Shown here: piece by piece, positions 63,940 to 64,000 of the stretch
Numbering within the stretch: the first letter of the stretch is position 1
How the letters are laid out: each line of letters begins with the position of its first letter
Source of the DNA: Bacilli bacterium
GTDB taxonomy: Bacteria; Bacillota_I; Bacilli_A; RFN20; CAG-826
DNA: 64,000 bases
Assembly (NCBI GenBank): GCA_024408495.1
Contig: JAKSUY010000002.1
Location: forward strand, 127-64,126
Direction of reading: 5' to 3'
The notes under the pieces: generated by a model
What the model was told of the DNA's origin: nothing
Database searches by the model: none
The model's input: the letters and a program-made list of their open reading frames with translations, nothing else
Program-made: the position numbers and the translations under genes

Positions 63940-64000
63940 CTTAACAATCGTACCAAACATTTGTCCAATGCATCCAGCAGCGTTACTTTCATCAGTATCA
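63940..64000 (-). CDS. 3' end of an unidentified minus-strand gene (partial, runs off the window)
   Basis: Open frame ...DTDESNAAGCIGQMFGTIVK* ends at the TAA at 63940..63942 (reverse complement). Confidence 0.3.

Noticed and set aside
1-64000. Prophage, IS element or integrative element explaining the accessory regions
   Set aside because: No integrase, transposase, recombinase, capsid or terminase gene and no tRNA attachment site was recognised anywhere in the window. The accessory blocks appear to be chromosomal islands or decayed remnants.

Overview
AT-rich chromosomal segment from a low-GC Firmicutes/Mollicutes-like bacterium. The taxon is an inference from many Lxx-C lipoprotein signal peptides, standard stop-codon usage and Acholeplasma/Erysipelotrichia-like gene content. 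The housekeeping backbone comprises secA, comFA-comFC, pfkA, thrS, rpiB, tsaC, prmC, prfA, a HIT protein, yhaM, recX, a heterodimeric ABC exporter, addAB and a CDF transporter. Accessory material is interspersed. It includes two surface lipoproteins (C1 peptidase; Listeria-Bacteroides-repeat protein) behind a shared 45-nt leader, and a 2-hydroxyacyl-CoA-dehydratase-like/activase cluster with a membrane Fe-S protein. It also includes a Fic protein, a minimal HipBA-like module, and a decayed type III (ToxIN/AbiQ-like) toxin-antitoxin locus whose RNA antitoxin repeats are intact. A defence island at about 44-54 kb holds a DUF2075 nuclease-helicase, a McrBC/LlaJI-like type IV restriction pair and, most notably, a tightly packed operon. 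That operon encodes a two-ring Clp-type AAA+ ATPase with an unrecognisable N-domain, a divergent but catalytically intact ClpP-like protease, and a divergent but catalytically intact RNase III-like protein. I know of no described system with this composition. A second unexplained signal is a ~130-nt terminator-promoter-leader module present five times. Four copies are fused to paralogous small coiled-coil protein genes and one lies in front of comFA. No rRNA, tRNA, CRISPR array, transposase or integrase was recognised. All product calls rest on motif recognition by eye, not on database searches.
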